This document shows positions 29,190-38,719 of a stretch of 64,000 nucleotides of DNA, one piece after another. Numbering within the stretch: the first letter of the stretch is position 1; each line of letters starts with the position of its first letter. The notes below the pieces were generated by a model. It made no database searches and was not told the origin of the DNA. It worked only from the letters and a program-made list of their open reading frames with translations. Location: positions 1,024,001 through 1,088,000 of the forward strand of contig OZ242041.1 in NCBI GenBank assembly GCA_965205215.1, read 5' to 3'. Source of the stretch: Nitrosopumilus sp. (GTDB lineage: Archaea; Thermoproteota; Nitrososphaeria; Nitrososphaerales; Nitrosopumilaceae). A program made the position numbers and the translations under genes.

Positions 29190-30266
29190 GTGAAAAGCAT
29201 AGGAATCGACATCGGAAAGAAGAGATGTGTCTATTGCATACTGAACGAGGAGGGGGCGATACTTGAAGAATCAAGCTACGCCAACACAGTGGCCGACGCG
29301 CGCGCAGTGGCAGATAACGTGACGGCAAGATACGGCGCGTGCCAGGCCGTCTGCGAGTCCACCGGAAACATGTGGCTGAAGACGTACGAGGAGTTTGAGA
29401 AGGGCGGCATCCCGATCAAGCTTGCAAACCCGCTCAAGACAAGGGCCATAGCGGAGGCGAGGATAAAGACGGACAGGCTTGATGCAAGGATTCTTGCCCA
29501 CCTGCTGAGGACCGAACTCGTGGCGGAATGCCACGTGCCCGCGTCACACATACGCGAACAGAAACAGATCCTCAGGCACAGGGAGAGCCTGGTGCAGGAC
29601 AGGACCCGGGCGGCAAACAGGATACACAGCCTGCTTGACAGGTACGATCTTTGCATGCCCAAGGCAGGTAGCGGCATTATGGGCGCGGCCAACATGAAGT
29701 GGCTCGAGGGACAGATGCTTCCGTCGGAGCACAGCAACCACGTGATGCGCCAGTCCCTCAGACAGATACGACAGATCAGCCGCGACATAAGACAGCTTGA
29801 GAAGACCGTCGACAGGATGGCCCTGGACAACGAGGACGCCAGAAGGATAATGAGCCTGACAGGGTTCAATTCCTTCGGGGCCCTGCTGATAGCGCTGGAG
29901 ATTGACGGCATCGGGAGGTTCCCCACGCCCAGGCAGCTCGTGTCGTGGATGGGGGTGTGCCCGACCATACACCAATCCGGAGACACGCTGCACCACGGGA
30001 GGATGAAGAAGGACAGCAACAGGAGGGTGAACTGGATGATGATACAGGCTGCGCAGACCGCCTCGTTCAAGGACGAGAGGATGAAGGCAGTCTATGAGAG
30101 GGTGAGAAAGAACCACCCGCACGGAATTGCCGTAAGCCACGTGGCAAACAAGATGGCGACGATAATCTGGCACATGCTGACGTCAAAGACGCTGTACGAG
30201 CAGAGAAAGGATGCGCTCTACAAGACAAAGCTTAAGAAGATAGCAAAGCAGAGGAACACAGGCTGA
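29190..30266 (+). CDS. IS110 family DEDD transposase/recombinase
   Basis: IGIDIGK, CESTG, KTDRLDA (DEDD tetrad), PTIHQSG (catalytic Ser region), VANK; GGAGGTGA Shine-Dalgarno before GTG 29190; intact frame. Confidence 0.95.
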   Translation: MKSIGIDIGKKRCVYCILNEEGAILEESSYANTVADARAVADNVTARYGACQAVCESTGNMWLKTYEEFEKGGIPIKLANPLKTRAIAEARIKTDRLDARILAHLLRTELVAECHVPASHIREQKQILRHRESLVQDRTRAANRIHSLLDRYDLCMPKAGSGIMGAANMKWLEGQMLPSEHSNHVMRQSLRQIRQISRDIRQLEKTVDRMALDNEDARRIMSLTGFNSFGALLIALEIDGIGRFPTPRQLVSWMGVCPTIHQSGDTLHHGRMKKDSNRRVNWMMIQAAQTASFKDERMKAVYERVRKNHPHGIAVSHVANKMATIIWHMLTSKTLYEQRKDALYKTKLKKIAKQRNTG

Positions 30267-30313
30267 AAGTAACCAGGATGGCCGTGGAACGACGCCGCCG
30301 GAGTTTACATAGA

Positions 30314-30366
30314 TGTGTGGTTGTGTGGTTGTGTGGTTGTGTGGTTGTGTGGTTGTGTGGTTGTGG
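30314..30366 (+). repeat. Tandem repeat (TGTGTGGT)6 + TGTGG, right flank of the IS
   Basis: Counted directly. Confidence 0.95.
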
Positions 30367-30389
30367 CCGGCTGGAACAAGCAGTCGCGA

Positions 30390-32054
30390 TCACTGCGCCG
30401 CGCAGCTGATTATGAGGTCCATCTCGCCTGTGTCATGGCAGGTGTCCTGCGCGCCGTCCGGCCCCCCGCCGTCAAGGACGTTTGCGCCCGTCCCGCCGAT
30501 TATGATGTCGTCGCCACTGCCGCCCCTGAGTATGTCGTCGCCGCCTCCTCCCATTAGGTGGTCGTCGCCGGGGCCTCCCAGTATGACGTCGTCGCCGCCG
30601 CCGCCGAATATGCAGTCACTGCCGCCACCGCCGTACACTATGTCCCTGCCCTCCTGGCCGAATATGAGGTCCGGCCCGTCCGTCCCGTTGATTATGTTGT
30701 TGTCAGAGTCGCCGGCTATGTGGTTGTATGCCGTGTGCTGGATGCCGCACGCCGTGACGTTCACGTACTGGTGGGCCACTGCTGCGTTCCCGTGGCCGTC
30801 AATCGCGGTCCACGTTATGGTCGTGATCCCGACTGGGAACGCGTCCGGGGCGTCTGAACGTATCTCCGCTATGCCGCCATCGCCATGGGCGTCCGCCGAG
30901 CCCGTGTCCACGAGAGTGAGCATTCCGGTCGCGTTGACGGTTATGTCAGGCGGGGCCTCGACGGTTGGCGGGGTTCTGCCCTGCTGCTGTCCCTGCTGCT
31001 GCAGCGTTTGCGATGACGTGTCGTTGCCCGCCGCCTGCTCGTGGGATGACGCATTGTACTGCGGCGTCCTGAACGCGTGTATGGTATGGCCAAGCGAGTC
31101 CACCACGTACAGCTGGCCGTCTATCCCCACCTCCACGTCGGTGGGGAATACGATATCCGAATAGATCAGTCCAAGCCGCTCGAACACGCTGATCGGCTCC
31201 GAGCTGGCGCTCAGGTTAAGGTGCATCACGTTTTGCGAATGGGCGTTTATGACGCGTATCATGCCGTTGCCGTCCAGCTTTATGCTCTCGGGCATGAACT
31301 GGAACGGGCCCGACGCATAAAACACGTGCGACTCGACGTACGTCCCGTTTGCCGTATAGTGGTCTATCCTGCCGGCGCCCCTGTCCGATACGTACAGGCC
31401 GCCATCTGCGGCCACGTCTATGGAGTGCGGCGTCACGAATCTGCCCGGCTCCGTGCCGGAGCCGCCAAAGGAGAGCACAAACTCGCCGTCGGACGTGAAC
31501 TTTTGCACGCGTTGGTTGCCCGTGTCCACCACGTACACGTGCCCGTCGGCGCCGACTGCCACCCCGGTCGGCATGCTCATCCTGCCCTCCGCGTTGCCGC
31601 CGCTTCCCCACTGGGCCACGTAGTTGCCGTTTGCGTCGAACTTTTGCACGCGGTTCAGATCCCTGTCGGCCACGTATATGTAGGCGCCGTCCGTCGCGAT
31701 CCCGGACGGGTACCTGAACTGCCCGTCGGCGCTCCCCTGTCCTCCCCACGCCGCAAGGAACGCGCCGTGCGAGTCGAACTTTTGCACGCGCTTGTTGCCC
31801 AGGTCGGTGACGTACACGCTGCCCTGCCCGTCCACTGCTATGAACTGCGGGTGCGCAAAGAGGCCCTCCCCGCCTATCCCGTACGAGCCCCACTCGTACA
31901 GGTGCGTGCGCCATCCGTCGCTGAGGGTCGCATGCGCGGTAGCAGTAGCGGCGCCGGCCCCGTACTGCATCGGGTTGTCAACTGCCGCCATGGCCGCCGC
32001 CGCGGCCACGCATGCTGCGGCAATGGCATATGTCGTAGTGCGCGCGCCCGTCAT
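30390..32054 (-). CDS. Secreted NHL-repeat beta-propeller protein with HYR-like domain and RTX-type Ca-binding repeats
   Basis: Signal-like N-terminus; repeats of F..P.GIA.D..VYV.D..N.RVQKFD; PVGITTITWTAIDGHGN; GGxGxD nonapeptides. Confidence 0.87.
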   Translation of the reverse strand: MTGARTTTYAIAAACVAAAAAMAAVDNPMQYGAGAATATAHATLSDGWRTHLYEWGSYGIGGEGLFAHPQFIAVDGQGSVYVTDLGNKRVQKFDSHGAFLAAWGGQGSADGQFRYPSGIATDGAYIYVADRDLNRVQKFDANGNYVAQWGSGGNAEGRMSMPTGVAVGADGHVYVVDTGNQRVQKFTSDGEFVLSFGGSGTEPGRFVTPHSIDVAADGGLYVSDRGAGRIDHYTANGTYVESHVFYASGPFQFMPESIKLDGNGMIRVINAHSQNVMHLNLSASSEPISVFERLGLIYSDIVFPTDVEVGIDGQLYVVDSLGHTIHAFRTPQYNASSHEQAAGNDTSSQTLQQQGQQQGRTPPTVEAPPDITVNATGMLTLVDTGSADAHGDGGIAEIRSDAPDAFPVGITTITWTAIDGHGNAAVAHQYVNVTACGIQHTAYNHIAGDSDNNIINGTDGPDLIFGQEGRDIVYGGGGSDCIFGGGGDDVILGGPGDDHLMGGGGDDILRGGSGDDIIIGGTGANVLDGGGPDGAQDTCHDTGEMDLIISCAAQ

Positions 32055-32167
32055 GGCGCAGGATGGCCGAATCCGACAATAAGGCGCCGGGTTTGCAATG
32101 GTTCTCCATTTTGTCAAATTTTTGTCAGTACCTGCAGGCCGCCGCCGCCGCGGCCGCCGCCAGGCCT

Positions 32168-32974
32168 TCAGAACGGCTTGTTGACGTCCCTCGTGAACAC
32201 GTAGCCTGCGACCACCGTTATGCATGCGACGAAGGCCGATATTATCCCGAGCCCGGCCAGCATGGCTATGCCGCCCTCCGAGACCCCCGTCATCATCTCC
32301 CTTATGAGGAGCACCGCGTACGTGACGGGGTTGAACTTTGCAAGCGTGGCGAGCCACTCCGGCAGCAGCTCGAGCGGGAAGAGGGCGGGGCTGAGCATGA
32401 ACAGCGGCATGCCGAGCATGTTTATCAGCCCCCAGAAGGTCTCCTGCGACTTTGCAGTGGCCGCCACCGTCACGGATATCCCGGCGAACCCCAGCGAGAA
32501 CAGTACGACGATGCCCATTATGGGGGCGATCATCAGGGGGTCCTCGAACGTGACCCCTATCGCGAGCGCGATTCCGAGTATGAGGCTGGCCTGCAGCGCG
32601 GATATCAGGGAGATTGCCGCCATCTTGCCCAGGGCGATCGAGGAGCGCGAGATCGGCGTGGTGAGCACCTTGTTCATGAACCCGTACCGCCTGTCCCACA
32701 GCGTGTTGACGCCGCCGAATATGCTGGTGAATATCGCCGTCAGCACTATCACGCCGGGCGCCATGAACTCGATGTACTGGCCGTCGAACCCGACTGACTC
32801 TATGAGCGGCTGGGTTCCGGCAAACGTGTTGCCCACGACTATTATCCATATGGCCGGCTGGATGAGCCTGATGAACACCCCGCTCTTTGACTTTTTGTAC
32901 CGCTTTATCTCGCGCCAGAATATCGTGTACGCGTCGTACGCGGCCGACGCGCGGAGCGGTGCGCCGGGGGTCAT
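32168..32974 (-). CDS. ABC-2 type transporter permease
   Basis: FMAPG, DRRYGF, FPLELLPEWL...NPVTY. Confidence 0.9.
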   Translation of the reverse strand: MTPGAPLRASAAYDAYTIFWREIKRYKKSKSGVFIRLIQPAIWIIVVGNTFAGTQPLIESVGFDGQYIEFMAPGVIVLTAIFTSIFGGVNTLWDRRYGFMNKVLTTPISRSSIALGKMAAISLISALQASLILGIALAIGVTFEDPLMIAPIMGIVVLFSLGFAGISVTVAATAKSQETFWGLINMLGMPLFMLSPALFPLELLPEWLATLAKFNPVTYAVLLIREMMTGVSEGGIAMLAGLGIISAFVACITVVAGYVFTRDVNKPF

Positions 32975-33990
32975 GGCGCCCCGACCCCCCTCCTCCTCCT
33001 CTTCCTGGCAAGATCCAGCCCCCGGCTGAACCCGGAGTCCTCCTCGTCCCTGATCTCGTGCCCCGTATGGTGCAGGAACACGTCGTCAAGCGTGGGCCGC
33101 GTCACGCTGATCGCGTCTATCGCGACGCCGCACCTTGACGCGGCCCCGAATATCTTGGGGACCGCCCCGGTTCCGTCTGACGCCACCATGGTTATGGCCC
33201 CCGAGCCGCCGTCGCGCCTTATGCCGGACAGCATCCCGTCCATGCCCTGCAGCTCCCGCAGCATTCTGTCAGAGTCGGCCCGCGGCACCTCTATTGAGAT
33301 CATCTCGCTGCCGAGCGCGTCCTTCATGCGCCCCGGGCTGTCTATGGCCACTATCCTGCCGCCGTCTATTATGCCGACCCTGTCGCAGAGGCTGTCTGCC
33401 TCCTCCATGTAGTGGGTGGTCAGGAAGACGGTCACGCCGTACTCCGAGTGTATCCTCCTGATATAGTCCCATATCTTCCTGCGCGTCTGTATGTCGAGCC
33501 CGACTGTCGGCTCGTCGAGGAACAGCACGTCGGGCATGTGGAGCAGCCCCCCCGCTATGTCAAGCCTCTTGCGCATGCCGCCGGAGTAGCCCACCACCTG
33601 CTCGTGCTGCTTTTGCTCCAGCTCCACCAGGCTGAGCATCTCGTCTATGCGCGGCTCCGCCGTCCTTTTCGGCATGTGGTTGAGCCTCGCGTGCAGCTGG
33701 AGGTTCTCCCGCCCCGTCATGTACTCGTCCACTGCAATGTCCTGCTGGACGTATCCTATCTTCTGCCTGACGCTCTTGGGTTCCCTTGAGACGTCGGCGC
33801 CACCGACAAAGGCCTCGCCTGAGGTGGGCCTGAGCAGGGTGGTGAGGATCATCATGGCGGTGCTCTTCCCGGCGCCGTTGGGGCCTAGGAACCCGAATAT
33901 CTCCCCGCTCTTGACGCTGAATGATACGTCGTCGACCGCGGTTACGCGGCCAAACGACTTTGTCAGGTGCCTGGTCTCTATGGCGTCCAT
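32971..33990 (-). CDS. ABC transporter ATP-binding protein (DrrA-like)
   Basis: GPNGAGKST, YSGGMRKRL, FLDEPTVGLD, TTHYMEEAD. Confidence 0.93.
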   Translation of the reverse strand: MDAIETRHLTKSFGRVTAVDDVSFSVKSGEIFGFLGPNGAGKSTAMMILTTLLRPTSGEAFVGGADVSREPKSVRQKIGYVQQDIAVDEYMTGRENLQLHARLNHMPKRTAEPRIDEMLSLVELEQKQHEQVVGYSGGMRKRLDIAGGLLHMPDVLFLDEPTVGLDIQTRRKIWDYIRRIHSEYGVTVFLTTHYMEEADSLCDRVGIIDGGRIVAIDSPGRMKDALGSEMISIEVPRADSDRMLRELQGMDGMLSGIRRDGGSGAITMVASDGTGAVPKIFGAASRCGVAIDAISVTRPTLDDVFLHHTGHEIRDEEDSGFSRGLDLARKRRRRGVGAP

Positions 33991-34246
33991 CGTACGCGTG
34001 GACGGAGCCGGGCCCAATTATAACTTGGTAGATCCGGGCGGGTGTCCCGCCATCGCCACCATCCCCGCCGCACCGTCACCTCGCTGCTTGCATGCGCGCA
34101 TCGTATCGTGGCCGGCGTCTCTGGCGCGCCTGTCCCGAGCAAAGTCAAAAAAGCCGACCAGCGTGCCGTGCCGGCCGTCCGGCGTCGGGGCAAAAATACT
34201 GGATGGTGCGCCGCGTGCGGGAAAGAAAAGGCGGCGGCAGTAGCCG

Positions 34247-34699
34247 TTACTCCATCCGTTTGAACTCTTTTTTGGACATCCTGAGGATCACCCTCTCGCC
34301 GATCCCCCATATCTCTGACTTTGAGACGATCTTGGTGTTTGTCAGGCCGTCCGTGATCTCTATGGACTCTATCTCCTCCGTGTCGGGGTTCTTGTGAAGC
34401 CGCTTTATCTTGCCCAGCTTGTGGCGGTCCCCGTCGATGACAGTGGCCCCTGTCCTTATGGGCGGCCTGCTCAGGTGCAGCGTCTCCTTTGAGAACTCGT
34501 CTATGTAGTCGCTGGTCAGGTAGTAGTCCTTGCCGAACCCCTCGTGTATGGTCACTCCTGAGACCACCAGCGTCTCCGGGTTGATGTGTATGTGCCGTAC
34601 CTTGCCATACTCCACTCCCTCCCTGTCGATGACCTTTTTGCCCTTGAACGTGTCGGCCGTCATCATGCCCTCGGGCACGTCCTCGAGTCTTACTGACAT
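34247..34699 (-). CDS. Tandem PRC-barrel domain protein
   Basis: GKKVIDREG.EYGKV and GATVIDGD..KLGKI repeats. Confidence 0.78.
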   Translation of the reverse strand: MSVRLEDVPEGMMTADTFKGKKVIDREGVEYGKVRHIHINPETLVVSGVTIHEGFGKDYYLTSDYIDEFSKETLHLSRPPIRTGATVIDGDRHKLGKIKRLHKNPDTEEIESIEITDGLTNTKIVSKSEIWGIGERVILRMSKKEFKRME

Positions 34700-34786
34700 G
34701 ACGTCTGGTGGCAAAGTTTGCTTATCAACTCGAGCATTGTCAAATTCCACCAATGGCGTTAAATTACTTGACTTGGAACCCGTGGC

Positions 34787-35215
34787 ATGCCCCCCTCGGA
34801 CCCTGCCGCATGCGCGACCGGGCCGCCGGGGCCGGCAGGCAGTCCGGCGGTACTGGGGGCGCCGGACGAGGCTGCGTTCAGGGCCGTTCTCGTGACCAGG
34901 GGGCGCCGCACGAACAGCGAGCACGCCGTCCCGCTCAGGGCCGTGTCCCGCTCGGGCAAGCTCTACTTTTCAAGGCACCTGCCGGACGGGGACTGGTACC
35001 TCAACGCGGCAGCCAACCCCGACGTGGCGGTGATCCGCGGGGAGCAGAGCGCGCGCGGCACGGCGCGTATAGTGTCCGACGAGGGGCTGCTGCGGACCAT
35101 CTCGGAGCTAAAGTATCCGGGGCAGGAGAGGGCAAGGGAGCGCAGGGTTGCAATAGAGGTGTCGCTTGACGAGGGCCGCGGCGGCGGCGGCGGCGGCCCT
35201 GCCGCTACCGTATGA
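34787..35215 (+). CDS. Split beta-barrel flavin/F420-binding protein (PNPOx / Ddn-like)
   Basis: LVTRGRRT...H.VPL, DWYLNAAANPDV. Confidence 0.7.
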   Translation: MPPSDPAACATGPPGPAGSPAVLGAPDEAAFRAVLVTRGRRTNSEHAVPLRAVSRSGKLYFSRHLPDGDWYLNAAANPDVAVIRGEQSARGTARIVSDEGLLRTISELKYPGQERARERRVAIEVSLDEGRGGGGGGPAATV

Positions 35216-35315
35216 CGCGGCCGCAGATGCGCGCGGCTTTACGGCAGAGAACCAAACCCGCACCTTTAAATCCACTTTATAGGATCTTTTACTTGGGAAT
35301 GGAGATTATAAAATA

Positions 35316-37688
35316 ATGAATATTGTAATTCTGGCCATCGTCATCGGTATCGTTGCAATTGGAATCGGGGCCGCCCTTGTGCTTGCCCCTGCCGGCGATA
35401 CTCCGCCGCCTGTAGTTGAGCCGGCGCCGGAGGTGCCCCCCACCGGCACCGGCACGGATGCCGACACCACCCTAAATGCAACCGAGCCGGCGCCAGACGC
35501 GCCGTCAGTCGCTGTCCCCTCCACGCCCTCTACGGACATGCCCCTGGACAATGACACGTCGGCGGTAATGGCAGATCCCGTCCCACTCTCCCCGGCGCAT
35601 GGGACCGAGGGGGCCTTGGAGATAACCACAAGGGAGCAGCTTGTCGACCTGATAAACGCGGCGTCCTTGCAGGATCAGTCCGCGGGCAGGTGGCAGGCCG
35701 GCTTCGGCTCGGAAATGATGATGCTTGCAAGATCCGCCGAGATGATGGTAGAGCCGGAACCCGAGATGATGTTCGATGATGCCGCGAGCCAGGACGGCGG
35801 GGGTGGCGGCACCGACTATTCGACTACGAACGTGCAGGTAGAGGGCGTCGACGAGCCGGACTATGTAAAGACCGACGGCCAGTACGCATACGTGGCGGCG
35901 CGCAACATGCTTACGATCGTAGACGTGTGGCCTGCCAGCGACATGGGCGTAGTCGCAAAGGTGGCCCTTGACATTGATCCGGACTACATCCGCGACATAT
36001 TCCTCAACGGCGACGATCTGGTTGTGTTCTACACCTCGCAGAGCGACGATCTCGTGATACGGGAGTACGACTTTGAGCCGCGGCGGTCGTACAAGCCCGT
36101 CACGCACGCGGTCGTACTGGACGTGTCGGACCGCTCGGCGCCCGAGATCCGCACCAAATACTCGATAGACGGGTGGTTCGAGGACGCCCGCATGATAGGC
36201 GACCGCGTCTACGTGGTGGCCACGAGCCACGTGGACTATGACTACCCGGACTTTCCCATAATCCTGCGAAACTCGGAGGAGGTCGCGCCCCGGATCTTTT
36301 ACTTTGACGACGAGTGGAACCTCTCGACGTTCACGACCCTCGCCGAGATAGACCTCTCCGGAGACTCCATCTCGTCTGAGACGTTTTTGATGGGCAACAC
36401 GGGCACGTACTATGTGACGCACTCGTACTTTTACCTGACGTACCTGCAGAGCGTGCCTCCGGACTACAACTACGAGCAGGCCGCCAAAGAGCGCTTCTTT
36501 GAGGCGATCGTCCCGCTGCTGCCGGCCGAGATACAGCGTGACATACTCGACGCGCAGGAGGCCGAGTGGCTTGAGGGTTCGCGCGGCCAGTGGAGGGCGA
36601 TTGCCGAGATACTTGAAAACTACTACAACAGGCTTGGGGCCGGCGAGCGCGACAGGCTCTTTGAGCGCATACAGGACGCGCTGATATCGTACGACTCGGA
36701 GCTTGAGAGGGACCGCACCAAGACCATAATTCACAAGGTCTCGATAGGCGGCGGGGGAGAGGACGGCATCGAGTACGTGGCGCGCGGCTCCGTGCCCGGC
36801 AGGCTCCTCAACCAGTTCTCCCTCGGAGAGAGCGGAGGCGGCGAACGGCTACGCGTGGCCACCACGACTGAATACTATACAGAGTACGGCGGCTTTAGCA
36901 GGTCAAACGGGGTCTACACGCTTGACCGCAACCTGGAGGAGGTCGGCTCGCTTGAGGGCGTAGCGCCCGACGAGAGCATATACTCGGCCAGGTTCATGGG
37001 GGACAGGCTGTACCTTGTAACGTTCCAGCAGGTGGACCCGTTCTTTGTCATTGACATATCCGGCGACACGCCGCGCATACTCGGCGAGCTCAAGATTCCG
37101 GGCTTTTCAAACTACCTGCACCCGTACGATGAAAAGCACGTGATCGGGGTGGGCCGCGACACCACGCTTAACGACGACAGGTGGGTCAGGCAGCTGGGGC
37201 TCAAGATAGCCTTGTTCGACGTCTCTGACGTCTCAAACCCGTCAGTCGCAGACGACCTGATAATAGGGGACATGGAGACGTATTCGGACGCGCTGTCGAG
37301 CCACAAGGCCTTCTTCTTTGACGGTTCGCGCGGCATACTGTCGATGCCCGTCAAGGGCCCCTACCAAGAGCTTGGCGACACCCTGCACCCGTCAGAGTCC
37401 GAGAACGTGATTGAATACGACGACTACTACAGGGACTATTGGTCGGGATTCTACATCCTAAAGGTGGACGCGGAAAACGGCATTGGAATACGCGGGACCG
37501 TCTCGCACTCTGCCGTGTCAACTGACCCGTATCGCTACGCAGACGGATCCGCCAGGACGTTCTACATAGAGGACGTCCTGTATACAATATCCGACGGCGT
37601 GATGGTCGCCAGCGACACGGACTCCCTTGAGCGGCTCGGGTTCGTCAGGCTGTCCGGGACGGGCGCGCTCGTGGGATACCTGGACTGA
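35316..37688 (+). CDS. Membrane-anchored beta-propeller domain protein (Beta_propel family)
   Basis: YSTTNVQVEGVDEPDYVKTDG, GRLLNQFS, LRVATT, ESIYSARFMGD, VDPFFVID, GELKIPGFSNYLHP. Confidence 0.9.
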   Translation: MNIVILAIVIGIVAIGIGAALVLAPAGDTPPPVVEPAPEVPPTGTGTDADTTLNATEPAPDAPSVAVPSTPSTDMPLDNDTSAVMADPVPLSPAHGTEGALEITTREQLVDLINAASLQDQSAGRWQAGFGSEMMMLARSAEMMVEPEPEMMFDDAASQDGGGGGTDYSTTNVQVEGVDEPDYVKTDGQYAYVAARNMLTIVDVWPASDMGVVAKVALDIDPDYIRDIFLNGDDLVVFYTSQSDDLVIREYDFEPRRSYKPVTHAVVLDVSDRSAPEIRTKYSIDGWFEDARMIGDRVYVVATSHVDYDYPDFPIILRNSEEVAPRIFYFDDEWNLSTFTTLAEIDLSGDSISSETFLMGNTGTYYVTHSYFYLTYLQSVPPDYNYEQAAKERFFEAIVPLLPAEIQRDILDAQEAEWLEGSRGQWRAIAEILENYYNRLGAGERDRLFERIQDALISYDSELERDRTKTIIHKVSIGGGGEDGIEYVARGSVPGRLLNQFSLGESGGGERLRVATTTEYYTEYGGFSRSNGVYTLDRNLEEVGSLEGVAPDESIYSARFMGDRLYLVTFQQVDPFFVIDISGDTPRILGELKIPGFSNYLHPYDEKHVIGVGRDTTLNDDRWVRQLGLKIALFDVSDVSNPSVADDLIIGDMETYSDALSSHKAFFFDGSRGILSMPVKGPYQELGDTLHPSESENVIEYDDYYRDYWSGFYILKVDAENGIGIRGTVSHSAVSTDPYRYADGSARTFYIEDVLYTISDGVMVASDTDSLERLGFVRLSGTGALVGYLD

Positions 37689-37700
37689 CGCGCGCGGCGC

Positions 37701-38372
37701 TCACACGATGTGCACTATGGTGGTCAGGCCCCTCTTCTCGATCTCGCTTCCGTCCGAGTCCACCTCTGCAAACGTTATCGTAAACGAGACGAGGTCCCTG
37801 CGCTGGGCGCCCTCCGCGTGGAGGGTCAGGCGCGCGTCGAGCATCTCGGAGGCGTCCGGTGGCAGCCCCTCGTCAGAGAGGTGCGCGCCGCACGTGGACT
37901 CTGTCCTGAACCTGTCATCCTTGAAGTGGAACCCGATCTTGATCCTCCTGCCCTGCCTGGCGGCCCCCTTTGCGACCACCTCTATGGGCCCCGCCTTGGC
38001 CTCCGTGTACCCGGACATCTTGTTTACAAAGACCCCTACCTCGAGGGGCCTGCCTGCCGTCGCCTCCGCCATCTTCTGCAGGCCGTCGTTCATCGCGATG
38101 TCCACCGACTTTATGGTCTGGGCCACCTTTGCTATCCACTCGCAGCTCCTCTCGACTGCGGCCCGTATCCCCTCGCGCCTGCGGGCGTCCTCGTCCTCGG
38201 GCAGCTTGTAGTAGTCGACCCAGCCCTCGTAGTCGTGCTGTATGTCCTTCACAAAGTCTATGCAGATGCGCCTGTACTCGTTGACGTCGTCGGTCCTCTC
38301 CGACTCGTCCTCCGTATACATGGCGGCGCTGGCGCCGCTGTTGTCGTCGCTGTAGTCTGCCGGCATCGCCAT
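37701..38372 (-). CDS. Hypothetical protein
   Basis: 223-aa ORF with genome-like codon usage; no recognisable motif. Confidence 0.6.
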   Translation of the reverse strand: MAMPADYSDDNSGASAAMYTEDESERTDDVNEYRRICIDFVKDIQHDYEGWVDYYKLPEDEDARRREGIRAAVERSCEWIAKVAQTIKSVDIAMNDGLQKMAEATAGRPLEVGVFVNKMSGYTEAKAGPIEVVAKGAARQGRRIKIGFHFKDDRFRTESTCGAHLSDEGLPPDASEMLDARLTLHAEGAQRRDLVSFTITFAEVDSDGSEIEKRGLTTIVHIV

Positions 38373-38719
38373 GGCGTGGGTGCGGCACGGGTGTAAAAAA
38401 ACCCTTATCACTCAAGGCGCATATTCACTGTATGTTAATAATTATTTGAGACTGTATAATAATGATGGACAAATCTACTAGATGGGCTTCGCGACGGGTC
38501 GGGCTGGCGCTTGATCTGATGCTGGCTCTGTCCAGAAATATGAGAAAGAGAACAGGGTTCCCCGGGATGGGTAGGCGCACTGCGGGCGCGGGTACGCGGA
38601 AAATCCACTAGCGGCAGCAGAAAGCCACTTCTTTTTACCTAGAATGGGGTGGGGGGGAAAAGAGGCGTATTCTTCGCACTGCCTTGTCAACATTATTTAA
38701 TCTTGTGTCTTATGTGCCA

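Noticed and set aside
30390-33089. 899-aa ORF as a single protein
   Set aside because: The N-terminal 345 aa are an off-frame read of the ABC genes; the real start is about 32054.
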